The translations under genes and the position numbers were made by a program. From Tubiluchus corallicola (taxonomy: Eukaryota > Animalia > Priapulida): DNA of 64,000 bases. The stretch lies in the NCBI GenBank assembly GCA_030141605.1, contig JAQGDQ010000341.1, positions 1 to 64,000 on the forward strand, in the 5' to 3' direction. The notes beneath the pieces are model-generated. The model saw only the letters and a list, made by a program, of their open reading frames with translations. It did not search any database and was not told the DNA's origin. This document shows positions 1-15,070 of this stretch, piece after piece; position 1 is the first letter of the stretch, and each line of letters opens with the position of its first letter.

Positions 1-130
<130 letters not shown>

Positions 131-1416
131 GTTTATTGACTGATTAAGAGATAGTCGAACATGATACTTTAGTTCAGTCCATAGATCACTACAAAAAAGG
201 ACTTTTGATCATATAACATGATCATTTCTGTCAAAAACTAACTGAAAAATTATTTACAAATTCCCACTACACACTTATTATCGCCTAACATGATCATTAC
301 TGTCCAAAAACAGCTAAAAAGTTATTTACAAATTCACAATATGACATTGGGTTTCCATTGAAAAATTCATGCAAATCGTTGAAGTTCAGTTCAGTGTTAT
401 CTTCACATTTTAGATTACATAATGGTCAAATAAGCGTTTGATTATCGTAGCTTACTATGTCGAATTATTTTAGAGAACGTGCAAAGTAAATGTCTTTTTG
501 GTACCAGCTCCTAACACAGAAACACTGAGTTCACTTTCTTGATGTTCTAAGTTCTAACTTTACAACTGTTGGGCCTAGCACACGAATTTTCTATTGGACA
601 GTTTTTTTATCACAAACCCTGCGTAGGGTTCCTCTATTCCATGATGCATGTGTTTGGGACAAGTTGCTTTGGAACAAAACTCGTTACTCTTAACGCATAT
701 AATAAATTCCCGGGATGAAGCCAGTCGGCAGACCTCCAAATACATAATTCATTGTTAACGCTTATAAATTTGCCTTGCAGTGATTCATTATATACAGCAG
801 GCATCTTATTTGACAGGCGTTCAGGGAAATTACCTAGGTGCCCGTATAGAATGTTAATCGCACCTCGTTGTGTGCTAATACTGGCTTTCGATGATGGACA
901 TGGTCTCTCTGTCTCTCACCTGCCTAAGTGTTTCGGTTTTATCGTTGATCGAAATTACTAAGCAATAAATCGCTCGTTTTACGCGCGACAAGCGTTGCAC
1001 GCGATGACTCGTGCGACAAGTGTCATCATGAGATACATGAACTTGTCATCCGTGGATAGTTTGCAGGTTAATAACACCAACGCAGCTTTAGTCACCTTTT
1101 TAGCTTTGTGGCAGACAAATACCTGTCATTCAAGCTGTTTTCTTTGCTGAAATGCCATTCTTTTAACCTGTATGCATTCTTTCATTTATTTGTTCATTCG
1201 TTTGCTTATTCTATCATTCACTCATTCATTGTGTAATATGCAGTCAGCAATGTGCCACAGTAAGTGCAACCACCGTATCAGTATCTGCTTTGTACGTTCG
1301 AGGGCAGGATTCGCCCATCAGGGTCATCCGAAAATGGCATTAATGCATAACTTACTATGCCTGCACTGTGCAACAATATACAAATACGAAACGCATGTAA
1401 AGAGTTTTCATATCCT
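131..1416 (+). repeat. Left arm of ~1.29-kb inverted repeat
   Basis: Reverse complement of 3114-4389. The ORF track gives matching peptides on opposite strands (752..961+ is identical to 3569..3778-; 1172+ and 3358- share their first 83 aa). Differences seen: a 10-bp indel (gatagtcgaa, 150-159) and a substitution at 462. Confidence 0.95.
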
Positions 1417-2017
1417 TAAAATTACAAGAACTATATGGCGTTATTGTGAGCTATTTAACGAACAAAATGCCTGTCGTTTGCTTTTGTCAAAATCTTGGGG
1501 GAGGCGTTTTTTACTCTAGGTGTCAGTATAGTGGTGGATGTGAGTTAATTAATGTATAAGTGGGAATGCTTATGTGTGAAGCAGATGCTAGAGCATTATC
1601 GTTATTGACCCACTTCTAATGCGAGTCGTTTGACCCGCCCCAAGACGTAACGCATTTAATTGATTGCGATATATTGAGTAAGGTCTAGAGAGTATGGCAT
1701 ATGTAATCGTGCACTTCTGGTTGGTAATAATTTCCAATGTAAATGTCAAAGCGTCTGAATTAAGTCGTTGTCCAAGTGCAACAATTTACTCAGGCGGGTA
1801 TTGTCCAGTTACATTATAAACACGTGTCTAGTGGCTTCACTTTGCTTGACAAACATTGGATGAATATTTATTGAAGCTCGACACCTCTGTGGCAGCAGTC
1901 AGCATTGAAAAACACGATGCTGATCAGATAAACGCTTGATTACACTCCAAGTGCTTACATACAATTTAAAATAATGTACATTTTAATCGGGAATTAACAC
2001 TATTATGTTATTAGAAT

Positions 2018-2518
2018 GTGTACTTTTTGGTTGTTTGGTTAACTTGCTGCCAGTGTACTTTTTGGTTAACTTGCTGCCAGTTTACTTTTGGTTGTTTGGT
2101 TAACCTGCTGTCAGTGTACTTTTTGGTTGATTGGTTAACATGCTGCCAGTGTACTTTTTGGTTGCTTGGTTAACCTACTCCAGTGTACTTTTTGGTTGCT
2201 TGGTTAACTTGCTGCCTGTGTACTTTTTGGTTGATTGGTTAACATGCTGCCTGTGTACTTTTTGGTTGATTGGTTAACATGCTGCCAGTGTACTTTTTGG
2301 TTGCTTGGTTAACTTGCTACCTGTGCAGTTTTTGGTTGCTTGGTTAACCTACTTCCAGTGTACTTTTTGGTTGCTTGGTTAACTTGCTGCCTGTGTACTT
2401 TTTGGTTGATTGGTTAACATGCTGCCTGTGTACTTTTTGGTTGATTGATTAACATGCTGCCTGTGTACTTTTTGGTTGATTGGTTAACATGCTGCCAGTG
2501 TACTTTTTGGTTGCCAGT
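2018..2518. repeat. Minisatellite, ~35-bp unit (gtgtactttttggttgattggttaacatgctgcct), ~14 copies
   Basis: Direct reading of tandem units with minor variants, inside the spacer of the large inverted repeat. Confidence 0.9.
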
Positions 2519-2705
2519 AAAGGACAATGCTGTTAATAAGATAATGCGCTCTTAATCTCTATCAAGCTACATGTATTTGAAAGCTTCAATGCATAACAGT
2601 TTATTATTTCTGTTATAGATAGTACTGTGGCAGTATGATATTCTGAGAAAAAAACGTCACTAGTAAAATTGAATTATCCATATTTAGCAAATAGATGTAA
2701 CTACA

Positions 2706-2961
2706 CCAAAATTCAATTTGTTGCTGACCGGTTTCAAACACACTGTTCATTGTCAAGGCATCTAAAACAACAAACAAACAAGAATTTGGAAACAACAACG
2801 AAATGCAATTCAGTATTTAGATAGCCAAAAGATATATGATAAACCATTATATAGATAATTTGGCAATTTGCAAGTGTAATCTGCAAGGTAAATTGCTAAA
2901 TTTAGATGCCTTGACAATTAATAGTTTGTTCAAAACCGGTCGGCAATAAATTCAATTTTGG
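2706..2961. mobile_element. Degenerate MITE-like element with ~60-bp imperfect inverted ends
   Basis: attgtcaaggcatctaaa (2749-2766) is the reverse complement of tttagatgccttgacaat (2901-2918). ccaaaattcaatttgttgctgaccggttt (from 2706) pairs imperfectly with aaaccggtcggcaataaattcaattttgg (to 2961). Confidence 0.55.
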
Positions 2962-3113
2962 ACTAGTAAAATTATTGCTGATGTCTTTCAGGTGTTTTAG
3001 TGTAATTCAGTGTTTGACGGTATTGTAATTCTGTTTTACGTAATTAATACAATTGCCTGAATAGATATCAAAATGCTCAGATCTTTCAATTTTTCAAGGA
3101 TTTCGTAGTTTTT

Positions 3114-4389
3114 AGGATATGAAAACTCTTTACATGCGTTTCGTATTTGTATATTGTTGCACAGTGCAGGCATAGTAAGTTATGCATTAATGCCATTTTC
3201 GGATGACCCTGATGGGCGAATCCTGCCCTCGAACGTACAAAGCAGATACTGATACGGTGGTTGCACTTACTGTGGCACATTGCTGACTGCATATTACACA
3301 ATGAATGAGTGAATGATAGAATAAGCAAACGAATGAACAAATAAATGAAAGAATGCATACAGGTTAAAAGAATGGCATTTCAGCAAAGAAAACAGCTTGA
3401 ATGACAGGTATTTGTCTGCCACAAAGCTAAAAAGGTGACTAAAGCTGCGTTGGTGTTATTAACCTGCAAACTATCCACGGATGACAAGTTCATGTATCTC
3501 ATGATGACACTTGTCGCACGAGTCATCGCGTGCAACGCTTGTCGCGCGTAAAACGAGCGATTTATTGCTTAGTAATTTCGATCAACGATAAAACCGAAAC
3601 ACTTAGGCAGGTGAGAGACAGAGAGACCATGTCCATCATCGAAAGCCAGTATTAGCACACAACGAGGTGCGATTAACATTCTATACGGGCACCTAGGTAA
3701 TTTCCCTGAACGCCTGTCAAATAAGATGCCTGCTGTATATAATGAATCACTGCAAGGCAAATTTATAAGCGTTAACAATGAATTATGTATTTGGAGGTCT
3801 GCCGACTGGCTTCATCCCGGGAATTTATTATATGCGTTAAGAGTAACGAGTTTTGTTCCAAAGCAACTTGTCCCAAACACATGCATCATGGAATAGAGGA
3901 ACCCTACGCAGGGTTTGTGATAAAAAAACTGTCCAATAGAAAATTCGTGTGCTAGGCCCAACAGTTGTAAAGTTAGAACTTAGAACATCAAGAAAGTGAA
4001 CTCAGTGTTTCTGTGTTAGGAGCTGGTACCAAAAAGACATTTACTTTGCACGTTCTCTAAAATAATTAGACATAGTAAGCTACGATAATCAAACGCTTAT
4101 TTGACCATTATGTAATCTAAAATGTGAAGATAACACTGAACTGAACTTCAACGATTTGCATGAATTTTTCAATGGAAACCCAATGTCATATTGTGAATTT
4201 GTAAATAACTTTTTAGCTGTTTTTGGACAGTAATGATCATGTTAGGCGATAATAAGTGTGTAGTGGGAATTTGTAAATAATTTTTCAGTTAGTTTTTGAC
4301 AGAAATGATCATGTTATATGATCAAAAGTCCTTTTTTGTAGTGATCTATGGACTGAACTAAAGTATCATGTCTTAATCAGTCAATAAAC
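3114..4389 (-). repeat. Right arm of ~1.28-kb inverted repeat
   Basis: Reverse complement of 131-1416, followed by a CA-rich microsatellite. Confidence 0.95.
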
Positions 4390-4445
4390 ACACACACGCA
4401 CACGCACACGCACACCCACACCCACACCCACACCCACACCCACAC

Positions 4446-4482
<37 letters not shown>

Positions 4483-4504
4483 CCCCCCCCCCCACACACA
4501 CACA
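4388..4504. repeat. (CA)n/(CACACC)n compound microsatellite
   Basis: Direct reading. Confidence 0.9.
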
Positions 4505-4780
4505 TCAATTGTATAACAACATTATAACTCATTTTATTATCTTTGTCGAGAATACATAACGATGTTTGCAGCATCACGAGATGAACGTTTCCCTGGTTAC
4601 TCGCTCGTTGTCATCATCATAGGAAAACGAGAAGCTGAAAATTTTTAATGAACCTCGCGGGAATACAGGGAAAATATGAAAGCAGACGTGATGATGTTAA
4701 TTATTGATGATAATTGCTTGCAAAATCAGAGATTGCGAAAGGACTGAGTGATGGAATCGATTAAATGAACATAAAGTGAG

Positions 4781-5012
4781 CAGGTAACGATTTAAAAACT
4801 GACAGTCAACAGGTAACGATTTAAAAACTGACAGTCATCGGGTAACGATTTAAAAACTGATAGTCAGCAGGTAACGATTTAAAAACTGACAGTCATCGGG
4901 TAACGATTTAAAAACTGACAGTCAGCAGGTAACGATTTAAAAACTGACAGTCAGCAGGTAACGATTTAAAAACTGACAGTCATCAGGTAACGATTTAAAA
5001 ACTGACAGTCAT
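4781..5012. repeat. Minisatellite, 29-bp unit (caggtaacgatttaaaaactgacagtcag) x8
   Basis: Eight near-identical tandem units counted directly. Confidence 0.93.
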
Positions 5013-6683
5013 GCGAGGTCACAAAACGCGACAAAATACTGCAAATCGTGCAAGTCAGATCTAACAAGATATCCAGATGCACAATGGATTCCTTATACCG
5101 GGTTCAGACCGCTGAAGAGGGGACCAAGAGGGGTACACGTTTGAAGGAAGAAACTAGTAATTCTGCGGAGACAGAACAAAACTGTCAAAAAGGCGAAAAC
5201 TTATGTAAAGACACTTAACTTGAGTTGTCGATCGTTTTGCTTATTTTACAAGGCAGTTAAAAAGGACGAAAAAGCAGAGTTAGCAACTCAGCATCTACCA
5301 CTAACAGCTAATCTGGACCGAATGTGTATTAATTTGGTAAGGGTTAGATTTGAGAGTAGAAATTAGTTAATTTGCAGACTTCTTTGTGAGTATAATAACA
5401 TCCGATATACTTAGAATTAGTTTCACGACTAAACTGTATGTCGTATCAAATGCAAAATTGTGATACTACGAAGCAAAATTAGCCATAGCAAACGCAAGAA
5501 CAGCTACGCTATTGCGAGAATGTGGCGACAGCAAACTTCAAAACGAAGCAACTTCGAGAAAATCCGAACCCATTATCAGACTCAATTGCTAACGATAGTA
5601 CTTTAAGCAATTAATTTTCCGTGCTATTAGTCAGCGTCGCGTGGCCATTCTCTAAGAATTTAATGGCCGCATTGACGTGTAAATCCAGTGAAGCAAACGT
5701 TAGATTAACGGTGTTTCTCTTGTCCTCGCTGTTCAATAATGCAGGATGGCAACATTTACAACCCGTAACTGTCAAAGTGCAAACTTTATAGCGTTTGATA
5801 GGCGAGTGAATTCCTCGTTAAAAAGACGCACCCGTTCACAAATTCAGTAGAATCAGTTAAGCGGGGAAGCCATTGCGCGACATTGCATTCAGCGCAGTTC
5901 AAATTGAAGGATGAAAAATTGTGCGTGAGGGACGGTGAATGACAACGCCATGAACAACAGCAACAGCGGCAACGGCAAAAACAAGAGCAAAGGCAAGGAC
6001 AACGACGACGACGACGACAACAACAACAATAAGAGCATTAGTAACGGGGATATTGTTACGTGAACTGTTTATTAAATTTTTGGTAAAAGATAAAAATATC
6101 TGATAAAATTAATTTTACTGGAAACAGAACAAGCTTACGAATATTAAAGAAGTTATAAACCAAAAGGTATATTTTCAATAAACGCCACCATATAGAGACA
6201 AATTATATTATTGCATTCAGGCACTTAGTGGTATCATCTTACCATATAGTTGACATACTGACGTTTTTTAAAGACAAACCGTTTCCAAAATAACATATAT
6301 TAAAAATTGATAATGTACGCAATAAGCGTTTCCATAATAAAACCACACTATCTCTAAGTTGTAATCTTTCACTACACATCAAAGGATCGTAAATGGGAAT
6401 AATGTTAAGTTATAACGAGAATGTTCGTTAAATTTTGATTATTTGTCGTTAAAGTCTGCAATGTGTGGATTCTGAAGTGGAAATATAAAAGCAACTGAGA
6501 CAAGCTGTTACGAGCTGCAGCAATGGTTGAGTCGAACGCGCTTTTGTTGTTTCTCATACAGCGAGGTTGCGTCAGAAACCTATCAATCATTCAAGTGCTC
6601 TTCTTTTCTTATTTATTACCTCTTACGAAAACATAAAACGTGTAGAGAGTAGGGAGAGAAAATCGGAGGGACGGAGAGGGAGG

Positions 6684-7397
<714 letters not shown>

Positions 7398-8596
7398 ATA
7401 TAGACGGGAGGAAGGAAATATAGACGGGAGGAGGGAGGAAGGTAGAAGGAAAAAAGCAAAAATATTCTGCCAGGTTTTTCCAGCTCTCCCGTCATTTTAC
7501 TCGCTTACCATACTCTACTGTGACTCTTCCATTCTGACAGAGCAGTGTTTAGGTTCAAGTAACAAAGAAAACAGCGCGACCTTTCTGATAAAAACTGCTA
7601 CATTTTTACAATGTATGTAACAACTTCCGAGACGATTCATAGCAAGCACGTTCAAAAGAGCTATGGAAAGGATTCCATTCGTTTCACATTAATAGCAGGA
7701 TGATAGCCGGGATTTACACAAATCATGGCTGTTACTGTTAATCGCACAGCTAAAGGAAATCTAAATTCCAGACGAAGTGAGAATTTTGTCTAATCCTAGG
7801 CAAATTAAGCAATTTCAGACCTTTACAGATGAATCACATTAACACCGCCCCATGACCCGCTGACTTGTGACCTGGCTGCTGAAGTCTGGGCACTCTCTCT
7901 GAAGAAGCCATGTTATTTTTATATGGTTGGTTTTGTGGTGCCACTAACCTTAGAAATTGGCTTCCCTATAGAGGCTGTACATTTGCTGTACAGGAGTAGG
8001 TTTCAGTTGACATTGTAAGCCATAAACACACATACGTAAATATAAACAAAATCGTGACACCAGTAAACAAACTTCTACAGTCTACCACAGTTAAGAACAC
8101 ACAGTAATACGACAATGTTAAACTGGAAGTGGCACTTGTCTTATCATAAGCATCAGAGTTAATATATTCACAGCTTCCTGAATGCTCTTAATTGCATTCA
8201 TTTACTGTGAATCCTATATCGCATAATGAGCTCTTCATTCAGTTGTAGTACACATATAGAGATATGAGATACTACAAAAAGTAACATGTTTATTTATGTC
8301 AAAAATGTGTTGATTTTTAACTACTAACATGATTTTATTATATAACATGATAACTACAAAAACGTAAGAGTCTTACAAGCTTCTAATAGCACTACCACCA
8401 CTACAAAATATTTTCTTCTTTATTCATATCAAAATGTATGATTTCTTCTATTTCTTCTAGTATGTAACATAAAAGTAAGCATTTTAAATCTTTATAGTAA
8501 AAAATTTCTATGAACCAAAAATACCCAATTAACAAAATGTGACAAAAAGGGATCAATTTTGTTGATTGGGTATGGAGTAAAATTAGACAAGTTGAT

Positions 8597-8698
8597 GGTC
8601 GGCTTATATACGGGTTTTTGCAAAAACTGGCCATTTTAAAGCAGTTTTAGGGGGACGGCTTATATGCGATGTAGGCTTATATGCGAGTATATACGGTA
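8597..8698. mobile_element. Right-end fragment of a Tc1/mariner-pogo/Tc2-like DNA element
   Basis: Ends ...ggcttatatgcgagtatatacggTA with repeated ggcttata subterminal motifs, resembling TA-flanked CCGTATATACTCG-type termini. No matching left end seen. Confidence 0.5.
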
Positions 8699-11302
8699 AG
8701 TTAATTAAATACAGTAGTAATGTTTTATAAATAGGGGTGGCTGCTAGGTGACCATCATGGTCTTTCGCCACCCAGTCTCAAAGAAATTATAATAAATAGT
8801 GTGTAATTAGACAGTATATGTATGCATATGGAATGAGACAAATAAACTAGTCTGGTCTGATCTAAACTAATCGTATGTTTACGCATATGAGCTATAATGC
8901 ATTCAAATGCAATTCTGTGCAACTACACAATTACTGTATTTGATAAACAATTACTCTAGCAACTGTGATGAAAAATTTCACCCAAGTTGTCATACACATA
9001 ATACACTAATAAAGCATTTTGTAAATGCATTTATTTACTATATACCTACATTTGCACACGGACAATGCATTTCGTACAGTGTATTTGTGCACGTAGTCTT
9101 TACAACACATCTAAAATGTCGCATGATATATTATGCATACGTATATACGATTAGTCTATATTATGTCATCGTGTATTTATACTAAAATGAAGCAAGTAAC
9201 GTTAAAATTACACTGTATTTGAAAGTTAATGACCTTGCAAAGAGACCGTTAGACAAGAGTTATTTAAGAGATTTCTACGGAAAATACTAATTAGTGCCAG
9301 AAGTCACATACATCATCAGTTCATCATGAGTGACCGTTACTGATCGCAGTGTTGATAAAACTGTTTACTGAGAGTGCAAGCAATGGCAAGTTCACTGAGG
9401 TCATGGACGAAAGTTTCAGCTGCTTAGCGCCAGACAGGAACGCAAGTCAGGCAGATCCAAAGAAGGTTGTGTAATTAAACTACAGCAATTTGCAAGTCTG
9501 TTAACTGAAACAGGCCTAAATACAATGATAACTTTGATGTAACGTGTAAAAAGGAACAAATTTCCTTTGCTAAACTAGTTATTTTTACAATGACAGCTGA
9601 ATTCTTACTTAATGCCATAAATACATAAAAATAACCGATGACATTAAAGTTATAAAATTCCTAGATTCAGTACTAACAAAAAGATTACGCGGAATAATAA
9701 AAGTGCTAATATAAAACTCTAATAGCAAAACTAACAAAACCGTTTTTCAAACCTGTACCACAGCTAATATAGCACCAAAACTATTCGACCAAGTAACTTA
9801 AAAATCATTCTTTATGTTTCGCAAATAAATTCATGTTTCATTTTAATAAATTTCATTAAATTTTATCATTTACTGATTGTATAATCACGATTTCAGGAAC
9901 TAGTGAATGCCGGCTATACAGATTATAAAAAAAGCAAAAGATCGTGTACGAAACATGTACGAAAAACTATAAAAATGCCAAGCTAACAACTATTAAATCA
10001 GTATTAGCCTGTTCCAGAGCTATAAATTTTAAATTCGTAGAAAACTGTGAAATCATGACTCATCATTGCAGGGTGACCTTAAACGTGAAGTAGTTTTTCT
10101 CAGCTAATATCACTTTTGTTTGAGTATTACAATTAGTACAACATTCCGGATTCCCAGTTCATGGGGGAAAATCTTTACCTCATTCGGTTCAATCTTTTGA
10201 TGTCTAGGCTGCACACCATTAACCTTGTACACTAATAGTCTGGCACTACACACTCTGCATTTCTGTTATCCCACAATCCCCAGGGCGGATGTGCATGTCT
10301 GCGACCTTCAAGATTTCATCTACTTGTAAATTCTCTCAGCCAACATTTGCGTAAACTTAACTATCAAATCACTTTTGCGATTGAAGTCTGCAAAATTAGT
10401 CGCATGATAATCACGGCAGGCTTCTCTAGTGAAGTACATTGTGTCTTGTGAGAAGAAATTGAACGAAGAAGGAAAAAGATTCAAACAAAATCTTCCGAAA
10501 ATGGTCAATCTAAGTAGACAATTTAGTGGACAACTAAAAGTCTGATCAAAGGGAATGTGTAACTGATCAATGAAAGTGAAGAGTATCTTGACCTTAATCT
10601 CATTAGCGCTCTCTTAGAATAAGCCAAGAAATTTTAGGTTTCCGTTAATGGAGTTTAAGCAGTTTAACACTTAGTAGGAAGCCAGCAGTTTGTGCCGTTA
10701 ATCCAACGGATATTCTTCAACGGATGTTAAACAATAGAACAAGGTAAAGTCTCAATAAAAAGCTAAACTAACAAAGTATTTTTTAATTAAAAGCAAACAA
10801 AAATCCACTTTAAAACACAATTACAAAAACGTTCTTGGCTTCTTTGCAAGTAGTTGCACAGGTCATGTGATGAAATATCAGTTATTGCAAGTCATAATAA
10901 TGCGATGATGTAATACACTGCCTGTAACTAATTAAATACATAATGACCCGGCAATGGATTTCATATGGCTCGAATTTTAACTTGCTAAGTTTATTCAGAA
11001 GTTAAGCGTTTAACATCATAAACACACTATATTTAAATAAGCGGAAATCATTTTTTAAAAGAGTATACGTGTCTGCTCATGCAAGCTCAACACTGACATT
11101 CAAAATAGTATTACAGGTTCAGTGAAAAATAAGTTCCATAGCAAAAAACAAGAAAATAAATTAGACTTCAGAAAAAACATGATCAACTGATCTAGACACA
11201 AATATACAAAAACATAATGATTGCTGTAAATCGTTCAGATCTGCCGTTTGTTTGGATGTGAAAGTTTTGGAAAAAAATTGACATGCCATACGCATCTACA
11301 AT

Positions 11303-11305
<3 letters not shown>

Positions 11306-11399
<94 letters not shown>

Positions 11400-11527
11400 T
11401 ACACCCCCTCTCTCTTCTCTCTCTCTTTCCCTTACCTTTTCTCTTTTTCTCTCACTCTTTCTCTCTCTCCCTCTCTCCCCATTCCTCCTCTCCTCTTTCT
11501 TTCTCTCTCTCTCTCTCGCTCTCTCTC

Positions 11528-11602
<75 letters not shown>
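11306..11602. repeat. (CT)n microsatellite with degenerate middle
   Basis: Direct reading. Confidence 0.95.
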
Positions 11603-11606
<4 letters not shown>

Positions 11607-13735
11607 GACTTTCGCTGACCATACAACTACTCTTTAAAGTGTCCTGTGAACACTTCAGGTTGACAACCGGACTTATGGTTAATACATATACGTATTTTAA
11701 TTAGGTACTGAACTAACGTGTGTCGAATTGTAACAATAAATTTTTCACTCAAAACAGCTCGAGTAACTATAAAATTAATGGTTATGAATTACGGGTAATT
11801 TTCAATAAAAATCCAAGCTAAATTTTCTTAGCAGCAAAACTAATAATCTGTTACACTTTTATCAGGAGTATGCACAAATTGCACCTATGTATTGTATTAC
11901 ACCCTGCTCTGTATCTGGGTCACCCGAAGTGTACATTATGAATTGAGGATTAGTGGTCTTTCAGTGGCGGATTAATTAGTACATGGTCAGCTTCCCAAAT
12001 TAATTGGGACAAGACACAGATAAATGGATAGTAATACGAACAACTGCAACGGGTGGAAAAATTTTTGAAAAGAGTTCATCTGGCCAGGTATTAAAACGCT
12101 GCAAGTTTATTCCTAGTGAGGATTTCTTATGCAAAAACCTGCGACTTGGAAGGTACAAAAACGTCAATAGGAAGATTTTCTTCCTATTTTTTATGAAAGT
12201 AAATACAATGTTGTTCCTTTAGTGACTGCATGTCCTTTCGTCTACCTGCCAAAAATCTCAAAACCAGCGTATGTCAACAAGGACAATACTGAAAAAAATA
12301 ACGACCAACGAGTGTAAGTAAGGATATTCTTCTACGAGTAATAATCAGAAAGCCATCAAGTAGTGCTCCACTTGTGTTCTTATTCCAAATATGTTACATA
12401 CTAGTAAATATCTAACCAGCAGCACTTGAAAATGTCATGCACACGACCACACGTGCATTAAAATTGCATTCAGTTTCATCGCTTCGTTATCGCTAATTAA
12501 CAAGCTGTGTAATTATGCTGGTGAATACGGCGCCTGCATCCATGAAGAGAAAACGACATTTCAATTTAACGCTTCATTAAACGTTATTTTCATAATAAAC
12601 AGCAAAATTAATGCACACCTGCGTCATTTGCCAGTGCTGTGTAAGAGAATTCACTCTCACTGGCTTGCCAACGAAAAAACCCAATAAGTGTCATTGATTG
12701 AGAATCCTACAAACCAATCGCCAGGCAGGCAACCAAAAAAAACATCCACCAATCTACAAGTAACCATTTCTTCAGAGTGCCAGATAGCTTAAATGTGGCA
12801 AAAACAGTAACAATGGAGGGAGCTAAGCCCAAATGGATAAATCTGTTTATCCTTACCTAAGCTTAAATTTATTCATTAAACGTTAAATTTATCAGGAAAA
12901 ATTTTCGGCTAAAAAATAAAAGATATTGGCAAACTTATTCTCTCGGAGTCTCAGTGCTGGTCCAAAAATTTTCATAAATTTTCGATAACAATGTCAAGGT
13001 TGATTGGATTGGAACAAAATGTTAAACGAATGCAGCTATATGGAAAATGTTCTTCCTGTGTGCAAACATGTAAAGTTAATCAATGGTCCAGTGAAATGGC
13101 TTGAACAAGATGATAAATGACGTTTGAATAACTCCGTTATGAAGCCATGACTATGTCGAAAGTGAAGCCACAAAAGAAAGGTTGAAGCGAGAAAGAGAAG
13201 GTCAGCGAAACTCGATTCTACTTCTGACGAACTGAAGGGCTTGTTTGCCACAGAAACTTGATTATTGGGTACTATGAACGTTTCTGTTCACAGGAAATTA
13301 CTATAAGCATAATTTACTTATCAGTAAATACGGAAACAAATCTGTAAAACTGACTGTAGCATGGGTAACATTAAAATGGTAGTATGTCTATTGTTTAATC
13401 GCTGCACAATGTAAACGTCGTAAATGTTTATAATATGAGGCTTAGAAATTTGGCGAAACAGTCTATTCAGCCATTGTTTCAAAGGTTATGTAGCCTTATA
13501 CAGCTGCCTAAAATCTGCCAAACAAACCCTACAAGCGTCATAACAGATAAACATGTACATCTAAAATGAGCAGTAATCTGCATTCTCTATCCCTTCCCTA
13601 CCACAGCTCAATAAAAGTAATTTTCATCACGTGTGGACGCTTTAACTGATTTCTAACGGAATCTGTAACACGCTCACCCAATCTCAATAACTTACATACA
13701 ACACTTGCTTATCGGAAGTTAACTGCCATTAGATC

Positions 13736-13805
13736 CATCATCATCATCATCATCATCATCATATGCCCATTACGTCTACTGTAGACACTGGGCAAGCAGA
13801 ACTCT
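13736..13805 (-). mobile_element. Short copy of a dispersed non-LTR retroelement 3' end with (TGA)n tail
   Basis: catcatcatcatatgcccattacgtctactgtagacactgggc matches the reverse complement of the 3' part of 16930-17076 and the start of 40758-40906. Confidence 0.6.
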
Positions 13806-14927
13806 ATTGCATCTCAATGGCGCAATGTGCTAGGCAATTGTGCTCATACAGCGGAACATGAAGAAAGCCTGCTTATACAGTAGAAGATGAAGAAAGCGTA
13901 CTCACAGAGTAGAACAGAAAGAAATTGTACTCATCAAGTGGAACATGAATCATGGAATACACTGGACCAAGAGGTGAAGTATCAAGATTAATGCCACCGG
14001 TCGTGGTCACACTTTCTATAAACTTGGAAGCTGTTCAGACTGATAACACCAAATTTGCTCGTATTATTTCCAAATGATAATATGAAGGACATAAGAGAGA
14101 ATATAATCAGATGCAACCATTGTGTTTGCCTTAAATGTTGGAAGTTACCGATACTGTTATCACCAAACTTGAATAAGTTATTAACCTTGAGGTGTATTTT
14201 TTATACAAACGTTAGATGAAAGGTTAAAGGTCCAGGTTACAAAGTTCATCTATCCATCTGCCCAGAGGAATATTGTACCAAAATGCTTTGATTGTAAAGT
14301 GACCAACTTGGATATGGCATGAAGTTACCTGCAGAAATGTAGCAACATTTAGTATAATTATCGTATACACTGAAGGTTGTCTGGTTGAGAAAGGAAGTGC
14401 TCTGGGTTAACTTGGCACGACTGCCAAATTACTATACTAACTAATGGCTGTAACTTCTGAGAACAACCATACGCCGCCACACGAATAAACTGTTTATGCG
14501 ACTAATGCATCCAGTCAAGATTTTATAAACACCTTTGACAGATTGAATCAGGGAATCGGGAAAATGGGCATCTATATTCAGTAACACAGGAAACAGAAAG
14601 CAATAAGTAAAAACTGTTAACACATCATGGTAGTGGTACTAAGCTGGATGTAAGTAACTGTAAGTTTTAACAACTAGTTAGCACAAAATGGCCGAAAAGT
14701 CACATTCCTAACCAAAATAAGGTTAAGGTTAGAAACATTTTAAAGGAACAGTAACTATGTGGTGTAACCAGCAGACATGATTACAACGAGTTTTGATATA
14801 AATTGTAATCCATGTGCTAATTTATGAGGTTATCAGAGACTTTTCTTACACATTGCTGTAAGGTTGTAAGGGTCTTGCAGCTGCACCACTGGGGCCGCCG
14901 CTTCCTCTGTCACTAGCACTACCACCA

Positions 14928-15070
14928 TGTCATCATCATCGTTGCTGTGTGCGTCATCTTCGCCATCATTATCACTGTCAACATCATTGCATTGTGTCGT
15001 CGTCATCATCATCATTATCATCATCGTCGTCGTCGTCGTGATCACCGCCATCATCACTCTCACTCACCAT
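14928..15070. repeat. Degenerate (CAT/CGT)n trinucleotide tract
   Basis: Direct reading. Confidence 0.8.

Noticed and set aside
752-3778. Paired matching ORFs on opposite strands
   Set aside because: By-products of the inverted repeat, with no recognisable domain.
4781-5012. CRISPR-like appearance of the 29-bp repeats (also the 35- and 42-bp arrays)
   Set aside because: The units are directly adjacent with no unique spacers, and the context is eukaryotic with no cas genes.
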